From contig OX597814.1 of NCBI GenBank assembly GCA_951406725.2, positions 219,852,001-219,916,000 on the forward strand: DNA of 64,000 bases, in the 5' to 3' direction. A program made the position numbers and the translations under genes. The DNA comes from Octopus vulgaris. Lineage: Eukaryota. Below, one piece after another: positions 39,398 to 52,025 of this stretch; within the stretch, counting starts at the first letter, position 1; each line of letters opens with the position of its first letter. The notes beneath the pieces are model-generated. The model saw only the letters and a list, made by a program, of their open reading frames with translations, was not told the origin of the DNA and made no database searches.

Positions 39398-40291
39398 TCT
39401 TTATATATAAAAGTGAAGTTGTGTGAGTGTCTGTCTCCTACGATTTAGATTCCTAACTACTCCCACATTTTGCGGTGCAGTTTAACCAAAACCGGGTATC
39501 TTATAGTCGTGATTCATATCGAGCCCGTCTGGGTATTAGCGCGCGTCTACGATGAGTCTACGATTTTAAAAATAATTTACCATCATTTTTTTCCATTTTT
39601 TAATGCATATTTTTTAAATAAAGGGCTCACACCTGCACCTGTGTTGTTTCTCCCCCTTCTTCCCTCCCGCGTGAAGCTGTGGGGAAGGCAGGGTAGGGAA
39701 ATCAACGTCGTAAAGCGTTGTCAAGGAGACCAGCGTTCTTTTAGAACAACGACTTCATGGCTTGAAGTCGCCAAAACAGAAATCGCTAAAAAAGCTGAAA
39801 CAGATCCACAAAAACGGCAAAAATCCGCCACACAGGGCAGGTTTCCTGTGCAAACAATTTGCACAACCGAATGTTTTAGTTGTTGCACAAATCTTTATAT
39901 ATAAAAGTCAAGTTGTGTGTCTGTCTCCTACGATTTAGATTCCTAACTACTCCCACATTTTGCGGTGCAGTTTAACCAAAACCGGGTATCTTATAGTCGT
40001 GATTCATATCGAGCCCTTCTGGGTATTAGCGCGCGTCTACGATGAGTCTACGATTTAAAAAAAATTTACCATCATTTTTTTCCATTTTAATACATTTTTT
40101 CGCTATTATATAAGGGAAGTAACTCTCTAAAAATGTCTACGATGAGTCAATGATTTAAAAAAAAAATTACCATAATTTTTTATTCCATTTTTAATGCATT
40201 TTTTTTTGCTATTTTTTTGCTATAACTCTCTAAAAATGCTTATATAGTTATTTCTCTTACAAATCCGAGCAACGCCGCGCGATACTGCTAG
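39398..40291 (+). mobile_element. Composite Helitron (two 5' ends, one 3' end)
   Basis: TCTTTATATATAAAAG starts at 39398 and 39892; single hairpin plus CTAG end at 40291. Confidence 0.8.
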
Positions 40292-40533
40292 TATTCATTA
40301 AAATTTTAAAATCATAACGTCTTATCATCCTGATCCTCATATTGCAATTACAAGCACTGATGGACCGCCTCCCCTGTAAGACTTCCATTGTTTGTCCCCG
40401 ACCCCTCCTTCTTATTATATCTATGTATGCCTGTCTGTCTGTTTGGTTTATTCATTCAACAAGTAAGGAATTAATTTTTGCTTTTGTTTGTTGTCCTTTA
40501 AAGGAATTTCTTTTTCTGCTTGTGGTTTCCGTA

Positions 40534-42720
40534 GTTCTGGATCAGAACTACGACCCCACCTCCCCCTCCGGTTCGACTAGGAGACATGATTTTCTCATAA
40601 CCGTTCAGGAGAGGTGTGAAAGCCTGCAACTAGTCCAACTTGGTCTCTGTAGCAGCCATCACATTTATTCTGTGTGACCTGAGGCCCTCGAGGTAACAAG
40701 CCTGCTTCCTCTTTGACCCCAAGCCAAGCACATTCAAACATCCGATCTTTAATGTAGCCATGTCAGTTGAAGAAGGAAAAAAAACGCTGAGCTTACCTTT
40801 CTCATTTTTCTCGGTTTTATACTAGAGGAGGAAAGTCCTTAGTACCACCCGCACTAACCCCTCCTCCTCCTTCCTCTCATACAGGAATGGTTCTATCCTG
40901 GATTAAAAATTTTCGGCAGGTCCTTCATTTCCACAATGTGTCCTCTATGTCTTTCTTTTCATTCAAGATACAAGCTTTGTGGCAGTTTGGCTACCGTATC
41001 TATGTTTTTAATGTTATTTTTATATATCTTCGTTTGACGATGGGGCTTATAACCTCATCTAAATATTTATTTTGTGTTTTGTATACGACTATCGTAAGAT
41101 CCTCCTTCTTGAATAGTTTTATCGTGCTTAGTCCCATCGTTTCTTTTTTAGGGCTTCCTATAGGTTTTTCCGTAGTTTTTACCATTTTCATTTTTGGAGT
41201 CGCCTCTTGAATCTTTGAAGGCGACGCCATTTTCTGACGGCATTTACGTGTCACCGTTTGGAAGTCCATTTCTTCTTCTGATAGTATCACAGTAGTTTTT
41301 TCTTTTCCTCCGGCATTTCGCTGGTATTAGAGGAGGTGGACACCCGATGTGTAACCGCCTCCTTGGCGGGGGCGTCTGCATCTTCACGGTCACCCCTTTT
41401 GTAATTGCCTCCTTGGCTGGGGGTGCCGTAATATTGATGTTTGCCGATGCCCTCTTCGTAACAGCCTCCTTAGCTAGGGGCGCCGGTGCTCCTTTTTCCT
41501 AGGGGTTTGCCGACGCCTTCTGCGTAACAGCCTCCTTGGCTGGAGGTGCCGGCGTTTCTTTTTCCTTCGAAGAGATGGTGGCTTTCTGTGTAATAGCCTC
41601 CTTGGCTTGGGGTACCATCTCTTCTTTATCTTCCTCATCCTTGTTCTTAGGGCATTTTGACATAATGTGCCCTTTCTTGTCACATTTAAAACATCGTGGT
41701 CTTCTCCCCTCAACATTTACAGGTAATATAGTCCCCTCCCCGATATGAATGGTTTCGGGGAGGTTTTCTAAGACTTCGAATGAAGCCTGGGCCAGAATCT
41801 CCAGAGTTTGACCCCACCAGTTTTGCGTGGCATCCCTGGAAACCTGGATGATATTTATTTTTTCCTCCCTGCCGAAAAGGATGGAGACGGCTATCCACGC
41901 CGCTTCCACCTCTGGAGGAATATTTTAAATTTTCATTCGGACCGTCCTTCTACCTAGATACAGCGACAAAAACAGTATATTTCCACTTTGCACGGTTCGA
42001 GTCGAGAAGTCTCTAGCCTTCTCGGCTTCTATTGTCGCAAACCTTGTGCCTCTGGCCAGGTATTTGATTTCGTTTAACGCCAGCCAGAGGCATTTTTCGA
42101 TTGCTGATTCTTCTAAATGTTCGAATCTTTTTTTTTTTTTCCCAGGATTGAAGACTTTATAAATTATAGTCTTTTCTTTGGTTCTAGTTATCATTTCCCC
42201 AGGCGCCGTCAGTTTGCTTTGTCCTTCGGTTTCTGTAATTAGTCCGAAATACTGTTGTATTTCTTTTTTTTTTTTTATTCAATTTTTTTCCCCTTCGCCT
42301 ACAGCGACGGCAAAATTCAACTTCTTTGGCTGTTCGAACAAAGCCATTTCACAATAATAATAATTTCACAGAAAAATATACGAGAATAGAAAAATAGTCT
42401 TCCGCGAGGAATGCAGTTAAACAAGTTACACAAAAATTTTTCTACACTTCCTCCAAGGGAGAGGACAACAAAAATTATTCACAATAGAATAATAAATCAA
42501 CGTTTCCCTACGGAAACCACAAACAGAAAAACAAATTCCTTTGAAAGATGACACACAGACAGACACTGAGTGAACAGACAGGCAAGAGTGATTTCTTTAT
42601 TTGCCTATTCAAGACAAACGTAGAGAGGACAAACAATGACAGACTAGACACCACAAGTGGGGACAAAAACATAAACAGGTGAATGAAAGATGACGATGAC
42701 GATGAAATGTCCACTCGGCC
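40534..42720 (-). mobile_element. L1/Tx1-like LINE 5' portion: 5' UTR, ORF1 (CCHC) and start of the ORF2 APE endonuclease
   Basis: ORF1 from about 42347 with YLARGTRFATIE, LYLGRR, VEGRRPRCFKCDKKGHIMSKC; ORF2 ATG at 40761 reads MATLKIGCLNVLGLGSKRKQACYLEGLRSHRINVMAATETKL then GGGVVVLI (APE N-terminal motifs). Confidence 0.8.
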
Positions 42721-43067
42721 CGACCTCCGAGCAGTACCGTTATCAACTATATTTTACCTCTGTTTTAAAACTTACGTTTATCAAAATAGATATCTTAATA
42801 AATGAAATGTGTTTTTAATTTTCAAGTTCTACCTCAGGATGGTAGATAGTCGTACCCAACGGGTTTACTTCGTCACCGAAGCTTGCCAATTGCCTATTCA
42901 AGGCATATATATAGGGGAAAAAACAGAGACATACAAGACATCCCCAGAGGGGACCAAAATTATAAACGGATGAATAAAATTAACTATATTTGCCTCTATT
43001 TTTAAGCTTACGTTTATCACAATAGATATCTTAATAGATAAAATGTGATTCTAATTTTTCATTTTCT

Positions 43068-43248
43068 AGCACCTGATCACCATCCACGTAGCGTCGGAAG
43101 TACCTCAGCCTCAACGCATGCTTGCGCATCATTGGCCGAGGCAACGCCAGTCCTCCCTTTAACGGTTTCTGGCAGCAGATGGAGCACCCCACAAGTGGTG
43201 GCTTCCCCTTCCACAAAGAGCGGAAAAAGATCCGTTCAAACTTGGTCA
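43068..43248 (-). pseudogene. L1/Tx1-type ORF2 fragment (post-RT region)
   Basis: [14 protein letters not shown]....GGLALP resembles the FLW..GGLG.P segment that follows RT in L1-clade ORF2. Confidence 0.6.
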
Positions 43249-43249
43249 G

Positions 43250-45184
43250 TCATCCACCCATCCATCCATCCATCCATCCATCCATCCACCCATCCATTCA
43301 TCCATCCATCCACCCATCGACACGTCCATCCATCCACCCATCCATCCATCCATTCATCCATCCATCAATCCATCCACCCATCCATCCATTCATCCATCCA
43401 CCCATCCATCCATCAATCAATCAATCCACCCATCCATCCATCCATCCATCCATCCATCCATCCATCCATCCATCTATCCATCCACCCATCCATCCATCCA
43501 CCAATCCACCCATTAATCCATCCATCCACCCATCTATCCATCCATACATCTACCCATCCATCCACAATCCATCCATCCATCCATCCACCCATCCATCCAT
43601 CCATCCACCCATCCATTCATCCATCCATCCATCCATCCATCCATCCATCCATCCATCCACCCATCCATCCATCCATCCATCCACCCATCCATTCATCCAT
43701 CCATCCATCCATCCATCCATCCATCCATCCATCCACCCATCCATCCATCCACCCATCCATCCACCCATCCATCCATCCATCCATCCATCCATCCATCCAT
43801 CCATCCATCCATCCATCCATCCATCCATCCATCCATCCATCCATCCACACCATCCATCCACCCATCCATCCATCCATCCATCCATCCATCCATCCGACCA
43901 TCCATGATCCATCCATCAATCCACCCATCCATCCATCCATCCATCTATCCACCCATCCATCCATCTACCCATCCATCCACCCAGCCATCCATCCATCTAC
44001 ACATCCATCCATTCATCCATCCACCCATCCACCTATCATCCATCCATCCATCCACCCGCCCATCCATTCCATCCACCCATCCATCCATCCATCCATCCAC
44101 CCATCCATCCATCCATCCATCCACCTATCCTTCCATCCATCCACCCACCCATCCACCCATCCATTCATCCATCCATCCATCCATCCACCCATCCATTCAT
44201 CCATCCATCCATCCATCCATCCATCCATCCATTCATCCATCCATCAATCAATCCACCCATCCATCCATTCATCCATCCACCCATCCATCCATCCATCCAT
44301 CCATCCATCCATCCATCCATCCATCCATCCATCCATCCATCCATACATCTATCCATCCACCCATCCATCCATCCACCAATCCACTCATTAATCCATCCAT
44401 CCACCCATCCACCAATCCATCCATCCATCCATCCACCCATCCATCCATCCATCCACCCATCCATCCATCCATCCACCCATCCATTCTTCCAATCATCCAT
44501 CCATCCATCCAACCATCCATCCATCCATCCATCCATCCATCCATCCATCCATCCATCCATCCATCCATCCATCCATCCATCCAACCATCCATCCATCCAT
44601 CCACCCATCCATCCACCAATCCATCCATCCATCCATCCATCCATCCATCCATCCATCCACCCACCCATCCACCCATCCATTCATCCATCCATCCATCCAT
44701 TCATCCATCCACCCATCCATCCACCCATCCATCCATCCACCCACCCATCCACCCATCCATTCATCCATCCATCCATCCATCCATCCATTCATCCATCCAC
44801 CCATCCATCCATCCATCCAACCATCCATCCATCCATCCATCCATCCATCCATCCATCCATCCATCCATCCTCCCATCCATCCATCCACCCACCCATCCAC
44901 CCATCCATTCATCCATCCATCCATCCATCCATTCATCCATCCACCCATCCATCCACCCATCCATCCATCCATCCATCCATCCATCCATCCATCCATCCAC
45001 CCATCCATCCATCCATCCATCCATCCAACCATCCATCCATCCATCCACCCATCCATCCACCCATCCATCCATCCATCCATCCACCCATCCATCCATCCAT
45101 CCATCCATCCAACCATCCATCCATCCATCCATCCACCCATCCATCCATCCATCCATCCATCCATCCATCCACCCACCCATCCAT
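43250..45184. repeat. ~1.9-kb (CCAT)n tetranucleotide array
   Basis: Direct inspection; CCAC, TCAT and CAAT variants interspersed. Confidence 0.97.
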
Positions 45185-45241
45185 TGTCGTACTACACTGG
45201 TATCATTACATTTTTAACGTGCTTTACTCATATTTAAGTAT

Positions 45242-45628
45242 ACTCTCTTACTTGTTTCAGTCATTTGACTGCGGCCATGCTGGAGCACCGCCTTTAGCCG
45301 AGCAAATCAACTCCGGTACTTATTCTTTGTAAGCCCAGTACTTATTCTATTGGTCTCTTATGCCGAACCGCTAAGTGACGGGGACGTAAACACACCAGCA
45401 TCAGTTGTCAAGCAATGCTTGGGGGACAAACACACTCACACATATATATATATATATACATACATATATACGACGGGCTTCTTTCAGTTTCCGTCTACCA
45501 AATCCACTCACAAGGCATTGGTCGGCCCGGGGCTATAGCAGAAGACACTTGCCCAAGATGCCACGCAGTGGGACTGAACCCGGAACCATGTGGTTGGTTA
45601 GCAAGCTACTTACCACACAGCCACTCCT
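45242..45628 (-). mobile_element. Family B SINE, uninterrupted
   Basis: Matches 29250-29670; older plus-strand relatives follow at about 45760-46400. Confidence 0.85.
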
Positions 45629-45916
45629 GGTTGACAGTATGTGTGCACTTCGATATTTTATTTGAGGGGGGGGCATATAAAAAACCATATGCACACATGC
45701 AGACTACATCCTTCCCCTCCCTCTTTGTCTGCCCATCCACTTGAGTAGGTATAAACGCATACAGGACCATGTGCTTAAGAAATTTGCTTCCTAACCACAT
45801 AGCTTTGGGTTGAATTCTGCTGCATGGCACCTTGAACAAGTCTCTTCTGCTATAGCCTCGGGCCAACAAAAGCCTTGTGAGTCAATTTGGTAGACGGAAA
45901 CTGAAAGAAGCCCGTC

Positions 45917-45947
<31 letters not shown>

Positions 45948-47479
45948 CATATGTTTGTATATATCTGTGTGTGTGTGTATCTGTGTTTGTACCCCCATCA
46001 CCACTTGACAACCGGTGTTTCTGTGTTTACATCCCTGTAACTTAGTGGTTCAGCAAAAGATATTGATAAAATAAGTACTAGGCTTCAGAAAATAAGCCCT
46101 GGGGTTGATTTGTTCCACTGAAACCTTTTAAAGTCGTGCTCCAACAAGGCTACAGTCAAATGATTGAAAAAAGTAAAAGAATATATATGAGGTTTTTGGC
46201 CCTACTATAGTTTGACAACTAGTGTTGGTTTGTTTATGCCCCCATAATCTGCTGATTTGGCAAAAAATCACACACAAAAACAAAGAATAAATACCAGGTT
46301 TAAAAAAATAAGTACTGAGGTTGATTTGTTTGACTAAACCTGTCAAAGTGTTACTCCAGCATGGCCACAGTTTAATGACTGAAACAAGTAAAAGACAGCA
46401 GATAAAAAAAATATGACAAACATTATATAACTGAATCCACTTGACTAATAATAGATGTCATTGGAGTCTGGGGCAGCGCAATATATTCGATGTACATCCA
46501 GAAAGAATATCTCTTTGTAATCATTGGTTGATACAAAGAACTAAGGAAAGCCTCAAAGAAAAACATAACTAGGTGAAGCAAGTGTGCTTTTGAATCGCAA
46601 GGAGTGTGGAAGTCAAGGACTTAACTCTATGAGGTTTGTTGGCAAACATCTATAGGACTCCCTACATGACTCTTCCGACATGGCTCTCAATACTTTGGGC
46701 CAATGTGTACCAGCTGCCCCACCACAACTTCACTGAGGCTTTCAGACTATGAGATTTATGATATTCATCTTCCACTTGTTTCAGTTATCAGACTGTGGCC
46801 ATGCTGGGGCACTGCCTTGATTTTATGATCATTGTCTATTCAGCATTTGATAGTGGATTGAGTATCAAACAAAATGTCCTATTCAATTACTTTACATTCT
46901 GAGTTCAAACGCTGGTGAGGTGAACTTTACCTTGCTTCATTTCAGAGACATCCACTGTGAATTCTTTTGGCCTCCACCTATTGTCATGTTGTTATAGAGA
47001 TGGCTGCCTTCCATGTCATGATGCTCTCAACAAGATCATAACGCATGGCCTTGATGCAGCCAGCTTCCTTTTCCAGCTTCAACCAGTGGGGCTAGATCAA
47101 GGGGATGGAAAAAAAGGCCTGATGATTTGACAATTTTCCTGTTCTGTGGAAAATTGTCGACTGCATATGGCTTTCCTCATCAGGAATGCCAGTGGCAACT
47201 TGGTGAGTGTTCAGTGACCAACCCATGCTCAGCAGGCTGAGAGGGGCAAACTGTTAAAATATTGGCCGCTCTCTGATAGGTTTATGGTTGAGCCTGTAGG
47301 AATGGAGACCTCTAGCATTCTCTACTGGGACCATAAGGTGGATTGACAAGCCATTTTAGCTATCTAATTGCTGTGAGGAAGAGGAAAGATATGATGATTT
47401 AAGCTGGGCCCTTTATCAAACTTCAATATTATTTACCAATTTATAAAATTTACTTCATGGTTAAGATGGTATCTTAATA

Positions 47480-47833
47480 GCTTGCCAGCGCCGCCCCCGA
47501 CTGGCCTCGTGCCGGTGGCACGTAAAAAGCACCATCCGTTCGTATCCGTTGCCAGCCTCGCCTGGCCCTCATGCCGGTGGCACATAAAAAGCACCATCCG
47601 TTCATGGCCGTTTGCCAGCTCTGTCTGGCACCTGTGTGGGTGGCACGTAAAAAGCACCCACTACACTCACGGAGTGGTTGACGTTAGGAAGGGCATCCAG
47701 CCGTAGAAACACTGCCAGATCTGACTGGGCCTGATGAAGCCTTCCAGCTTCACAGACCCCAGTTGAACCGTCCAACCCATGCTAGCATGGAAAACGGACG
47801 CTAAACGATGAGGATGATGATGATGATGATGAT
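47480..47833 (+). mobile_element. Retroposon fragment with (GAT)n tail
   Basis: Three internal GGCAC(G/A)TAAAAAGCACC repeats; homologous to 26490-26716. Confidence 0.7.
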
Positions 47834-48120
47834 AAACTAATCAAGTAATGAGGTTGATTTATTTTCTTATAGTGTATTTCAAATGTGAATGGAATAAAAA
47901 TGGAAGAAAATCTTAGTTTTCTTCTAAATAAAAAAAAAATCTTAATAATAGAAGAAAATCTTAATTGGTAGAAACAAGTTTTGGTATCTCAATATTGGCT
48001 AATTTAATCTGCATACAAAAATACAGACATACTACATACATACAACTGCTAACAAAAATACAGACTAATGTAAATTTTTTCTTTGTTCATAATTTTTTGA
48101 TTACAATATTGAAAAAAAAT

Positions 48121-48560
48121 ATGCCCCCAAAGAAGAAATGTAATCTTTCCAGAAAAATCTATCAAGCAAGGAGGATTTTAGAAAACCGAAGCCAAGAGTC
48201 TCAAGAGATAAGGGACATGAAACTTTCTCAAGATCACCAAAGGCCATGCTGCAGCATGTCTGATGGAGTCTCAAGACAGAAGGGAGATGAGACTTTCTCA
48301 AGATCAGCAAAGGCCATGCTGCAGCATTTAATGTTGAATCATTAAAACAATGTTTAGCATACCAGATTACACAGAGGTCCAGTAGAATAGCTCTCAGAAA
48401 CAGACTAAATTCGTTCTTCACGACTCCTGGAGCTGCTTTCAGATATGATCCATCCCATTCTCATAAAAATTATGATTCTGTCCAAATTCATGTGTTAAAC
48501 TCAAATTGTCGTTTCTGCAAAGCTTTAAAATTTACTCCATAATGTTTTGTTGTCATGCTG
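48121..48560 (+). pseudogene. Degenerate N-terminal fragment of a Helitron RepHel protein
   Basis: MPPKKK..R..ESQE.R..LSQD repeats followed by AAFRYDPS..Y..V.I..LNSNCRFCKALKF, resembling the Cys-rich start of animal Helitron RepHel ORFs. Confidence 0.55.
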
Positions 48561-48659
48561 CACTTTCCTGTATCACCTGTTTCAACACAACAATAATATA
48601 TATATATATATATAATAATAATGATAATAATAATAACAATAATAATAACAATAATAATT

Positions 48660-49213
48660 TGCCCTGATGCAGTACCAGGCAGTGGCTTTCATGGCTTCTG
48701 ATCTTAACTGATTGGAAGTGTTATCATGTACATTGTTTTGTCTTGGTATAAAAGATGGGCTACAGCAAATATTCTGCTCAATACCACAGATTTACTTGTC
48801 AGTTATTTGACCGTAACCAGTTGAGCATGTCCCTTAGTGGCTGACGATATGTGCATCTCTGATCATGAGCAGAAGTAGTGGGGGAGCATCATAGCCATGT
48901 GTTGAGAGGGATTCTTTGGGGTTTGAATAATTCACCTCTGGAAACATGGGTGGTTCTTTCAACATCCTTAAACAACCCTTATTCAGGGACCTTTTGAGCG
49001 GGATGGGCTACTCAACCTGAAGAAAATTCTAACTGGGCCCCACCTGCAAGGTCATGTGCTGTTTATCTTGATATGAGATCACCATGTCGCGCACATATGG
49101 TTGTGATGCATGTGCCTGGTGTACCCTTATCAGACGGGTAGTCATGATGGGTATATTGGGCTTCATATATTTTACCCCAGTGTCACTTTGATGGCATGCA
49201 CTGCTCTCTCACA
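48660..49213. mobile_element. Non-coding retroposon-like fragment within (AAT)n
   Basis: GC-richer block bounded by (AAT)n tracts on both sides, like the R4/Dong-type insertion; no ORF recognised. Confidence 0.45.
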
Positions 49214-49573
49214 CAATAATAATAATAGTAGTAGTAGTAGGGAATATAATTTCAAACTTACAGGGAAAAATTCAATTTAGCAATTCTAAATCAAATTTCA
49301 CAATATATAATATATGTATATAATTTAGAGAAAAACTTCTAAGACATTCAATAGTGAAAGACGTTATTCACACCATATAGAAAAAGTTAAATATACTATA
49401 AAAAACATTATTCTAAAAATCAATAGAGTACATAAACAATAAATAAATAGTAAATAGACTACACGCATTTTGTGGCTATATTTTTGAATAGATAATAATA
49501 ATAAAATCAATTTGATTAAAACTAAATTGATTTATAATTCTATTTAAAAATATAGTCACTCATCAGGTCTATG

Positions 49574-49628
<55 letters not shown>

Positions 49629-49853
49629 TAATAATATAAACAATATAAATAATATAATATATGTACTTATCTTAACTTATAAATTAACTAATAAATATAG
49701 AAAAATACGTGTTTTAACAATAAATAATAGAATAAAATTTAACAGTATTTCTTAAAATAAAAACATTACTTATCGAAGAAATGCTGTTAACTAAAATTTT
49801 AAACGTAATATGTAGAACTTAGTGTTTATAAGAAATTTATCATTTATAAGAAA

Positions 49854-50251
49854 CTAGCAGTATCGCCCGGCGTTGCTCGGGTTTGTAAGGGAAATAACTA
49901 TATAAGCCTTTTTAGAGATGTAAAGTATAATAGCCATCTCAATATGGCTAACCACAAAGTGGGGTGTTACAGCAGCTTTTTACGTTCTGAGATTTAATAA
50001 TAGATTTTTAGAGAGTTACTTCCCTTATATAATTGCAAAAAAAATGCATTAAAAATGGGAAAAATGATGGTAAATTTTTTTTTAAATCGTAGACTCATCG
50101 TCGACGCATGCTAATACCAAGAAGGGCTCGATATGAATCACGACTATAAGATACCCGGTTTTGGTTAAACTGCACTGCAAACTGTGGGAGTAGTTAGGAA
50201 TCTAAATTGTAGGAGACAGACAGCACACAACTTCACTTTTATATATAAAGA
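49854..50251 (-). mobile_element. Non-autonomous Helitron
   Basis: TC...hairpin-CTAG ends, A|T insertion site, homologous to 4312-4709. Confidence 0.87.
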
Positions 50252-50665
50252 TTTATAGCATGAAAACATGACGTAAGTAAAAATTATAGAATAAATAGAT
50301 AGAAATATTTATTTAAGCTGTTAAAAAGATAAAATATTCAAAAACTTTAAAAATATATGAATAGGAAATATGAATTGTAAACCTGTCTATAAAATATAAA
50401 GTGGTACGATGAAAAGAACAAAAATATAGTAGTATCTTCCACACAGTCCTTTTGATTGTTTGAGTTTTTTTAGCTGTTTTATATTCAGACTATTATTCAA
50501 ACTGCTTAATTCAGTAGTTTAAATAGGCCACGCCTACTTTGGATTCCATGTATATGAAACTATCAATAGTGTGGCTTATACTTGTGAGGTGATTATATAA
50601 AGCAATATATATATATATATATATATACATATCATCGTTTAACATCCGTTTTCCGCGCTAGCACG

Positions 50666-50700
<35 letters not shown>

Positions 50701-50781
50701 ACAATATAATAAATAAATAAAACATATGCATATATACATACATATACGTACATACTTACATCTATATGTATATATACATGC

Positions 50782-50812
<31 letters not shown>

Positions 50813-50990
50813 AGTACAGGACACCACAAATAAACGTAGAACACAACGAGAAACAAAAACATAAAATCAAAGAAGGAAACGGACCTTTTTTAACAACGAT
50901 AAAACAGAGTACAGGACAAACAATGCAAGGAAAATTCCCCTTCATCAGCGGCCCCTGGTTCAACTCAATGTGTGTTTCAAAAAAAGTAAG

Positions 50991-51033
<43 letters not shown>

Positions 51034-51656
51034 CTGTATATATATATGTATATGGTTCTAAAATTTCAACTTGTTTTTGCTTTACTATTTTCCAAAGACA
51101 TTAACATTACATTTTTTAAAAATTATTTCTTTTATAGTACTTCGTTGATTTCTTCCATTTTCTTTTTTCTATCTCCTAATTTGAATGTTTTTGTACTCAA
51201 CATTTGTTCTGAAACTCATCAACTGTTTTGCTTTATCAAATTATCATCCCCCATGTCTACACCGATAATCCTATTTCTTTACTACCCACAAGGACAAACA
51301 GAGGACAAACAAGGACAGACAAACGGATTAAGTCGATTATATTGACCCCAGTGCATAACTGGTACTTATTTAATCAACCCTGAAAGGATGAAAGGCAAAG
51401 TCGACCTCGGTGGAATTTGAACTCAGAACATAGCATTTCGCCTCGTGTGCTAACGTTTCTGCCAGCTCACAACCTTCAGTATTATACCACTCAAGAGAAA
51501 ATGACTTTCTTGTGTTTTGTTTAAAATGCAAGATGATTACACTTGCTGTAAACTTACAATAAATGCTTCAACCCTCTTTTCTAGTTCTAACAACAATTAG
51601 CTAAGGATTTTTAACAGGTGAGAAAAGTAAGTTGAGTGAGATCATCATTTGCAAGT

Positions 51657-52025
51657 ATTGTATTTTTAGACATATAAGGCTCATAGGCTTATAAAGTGCA
51701 CCCTAATTTTGGTAGGCCTAATCTGTGAAAAAAAGAAAGGAAAAAACTGCAGCTAGCCCCAAATACCCTAGCTGAATGTCTTGCGCATTTTCATGTATAG
51801 GAACCATGAAGACTGATGCCTTTTGTATTGGTTGGCTAATTTACATTAACTCCACACTACCAAATATCACCACTGACCTCCACTGGGGACAGTGGAGGTC
51901 AGCCCATCATTAATAACACTAATCAAGTCTACCCAAAACCTGACCTTCAGCATATAAGGCAGAGGGGGTCTTTTGAGGCAAATTCTTTGGAAGAAAAAGT
52001 GTGCCTTATATGCTGGAAAATATGC
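51657..52025. mobile_element. Old pogo/Tigger-like MITE
   Basis: Degenerate TIRs TATTGTATTTTTAGACATATAAGG / CCTTATATGCTGGAAAATATGCTA; internal hairpin CTGACCTCCACTG..CAGTGGAGGTCAG. Confidence 0.5.

Noticed and set aside
43045-45217. Long HPSI/MDGW ORFs
   Set aside because: Translations of the (CCAT)n microsatellite.
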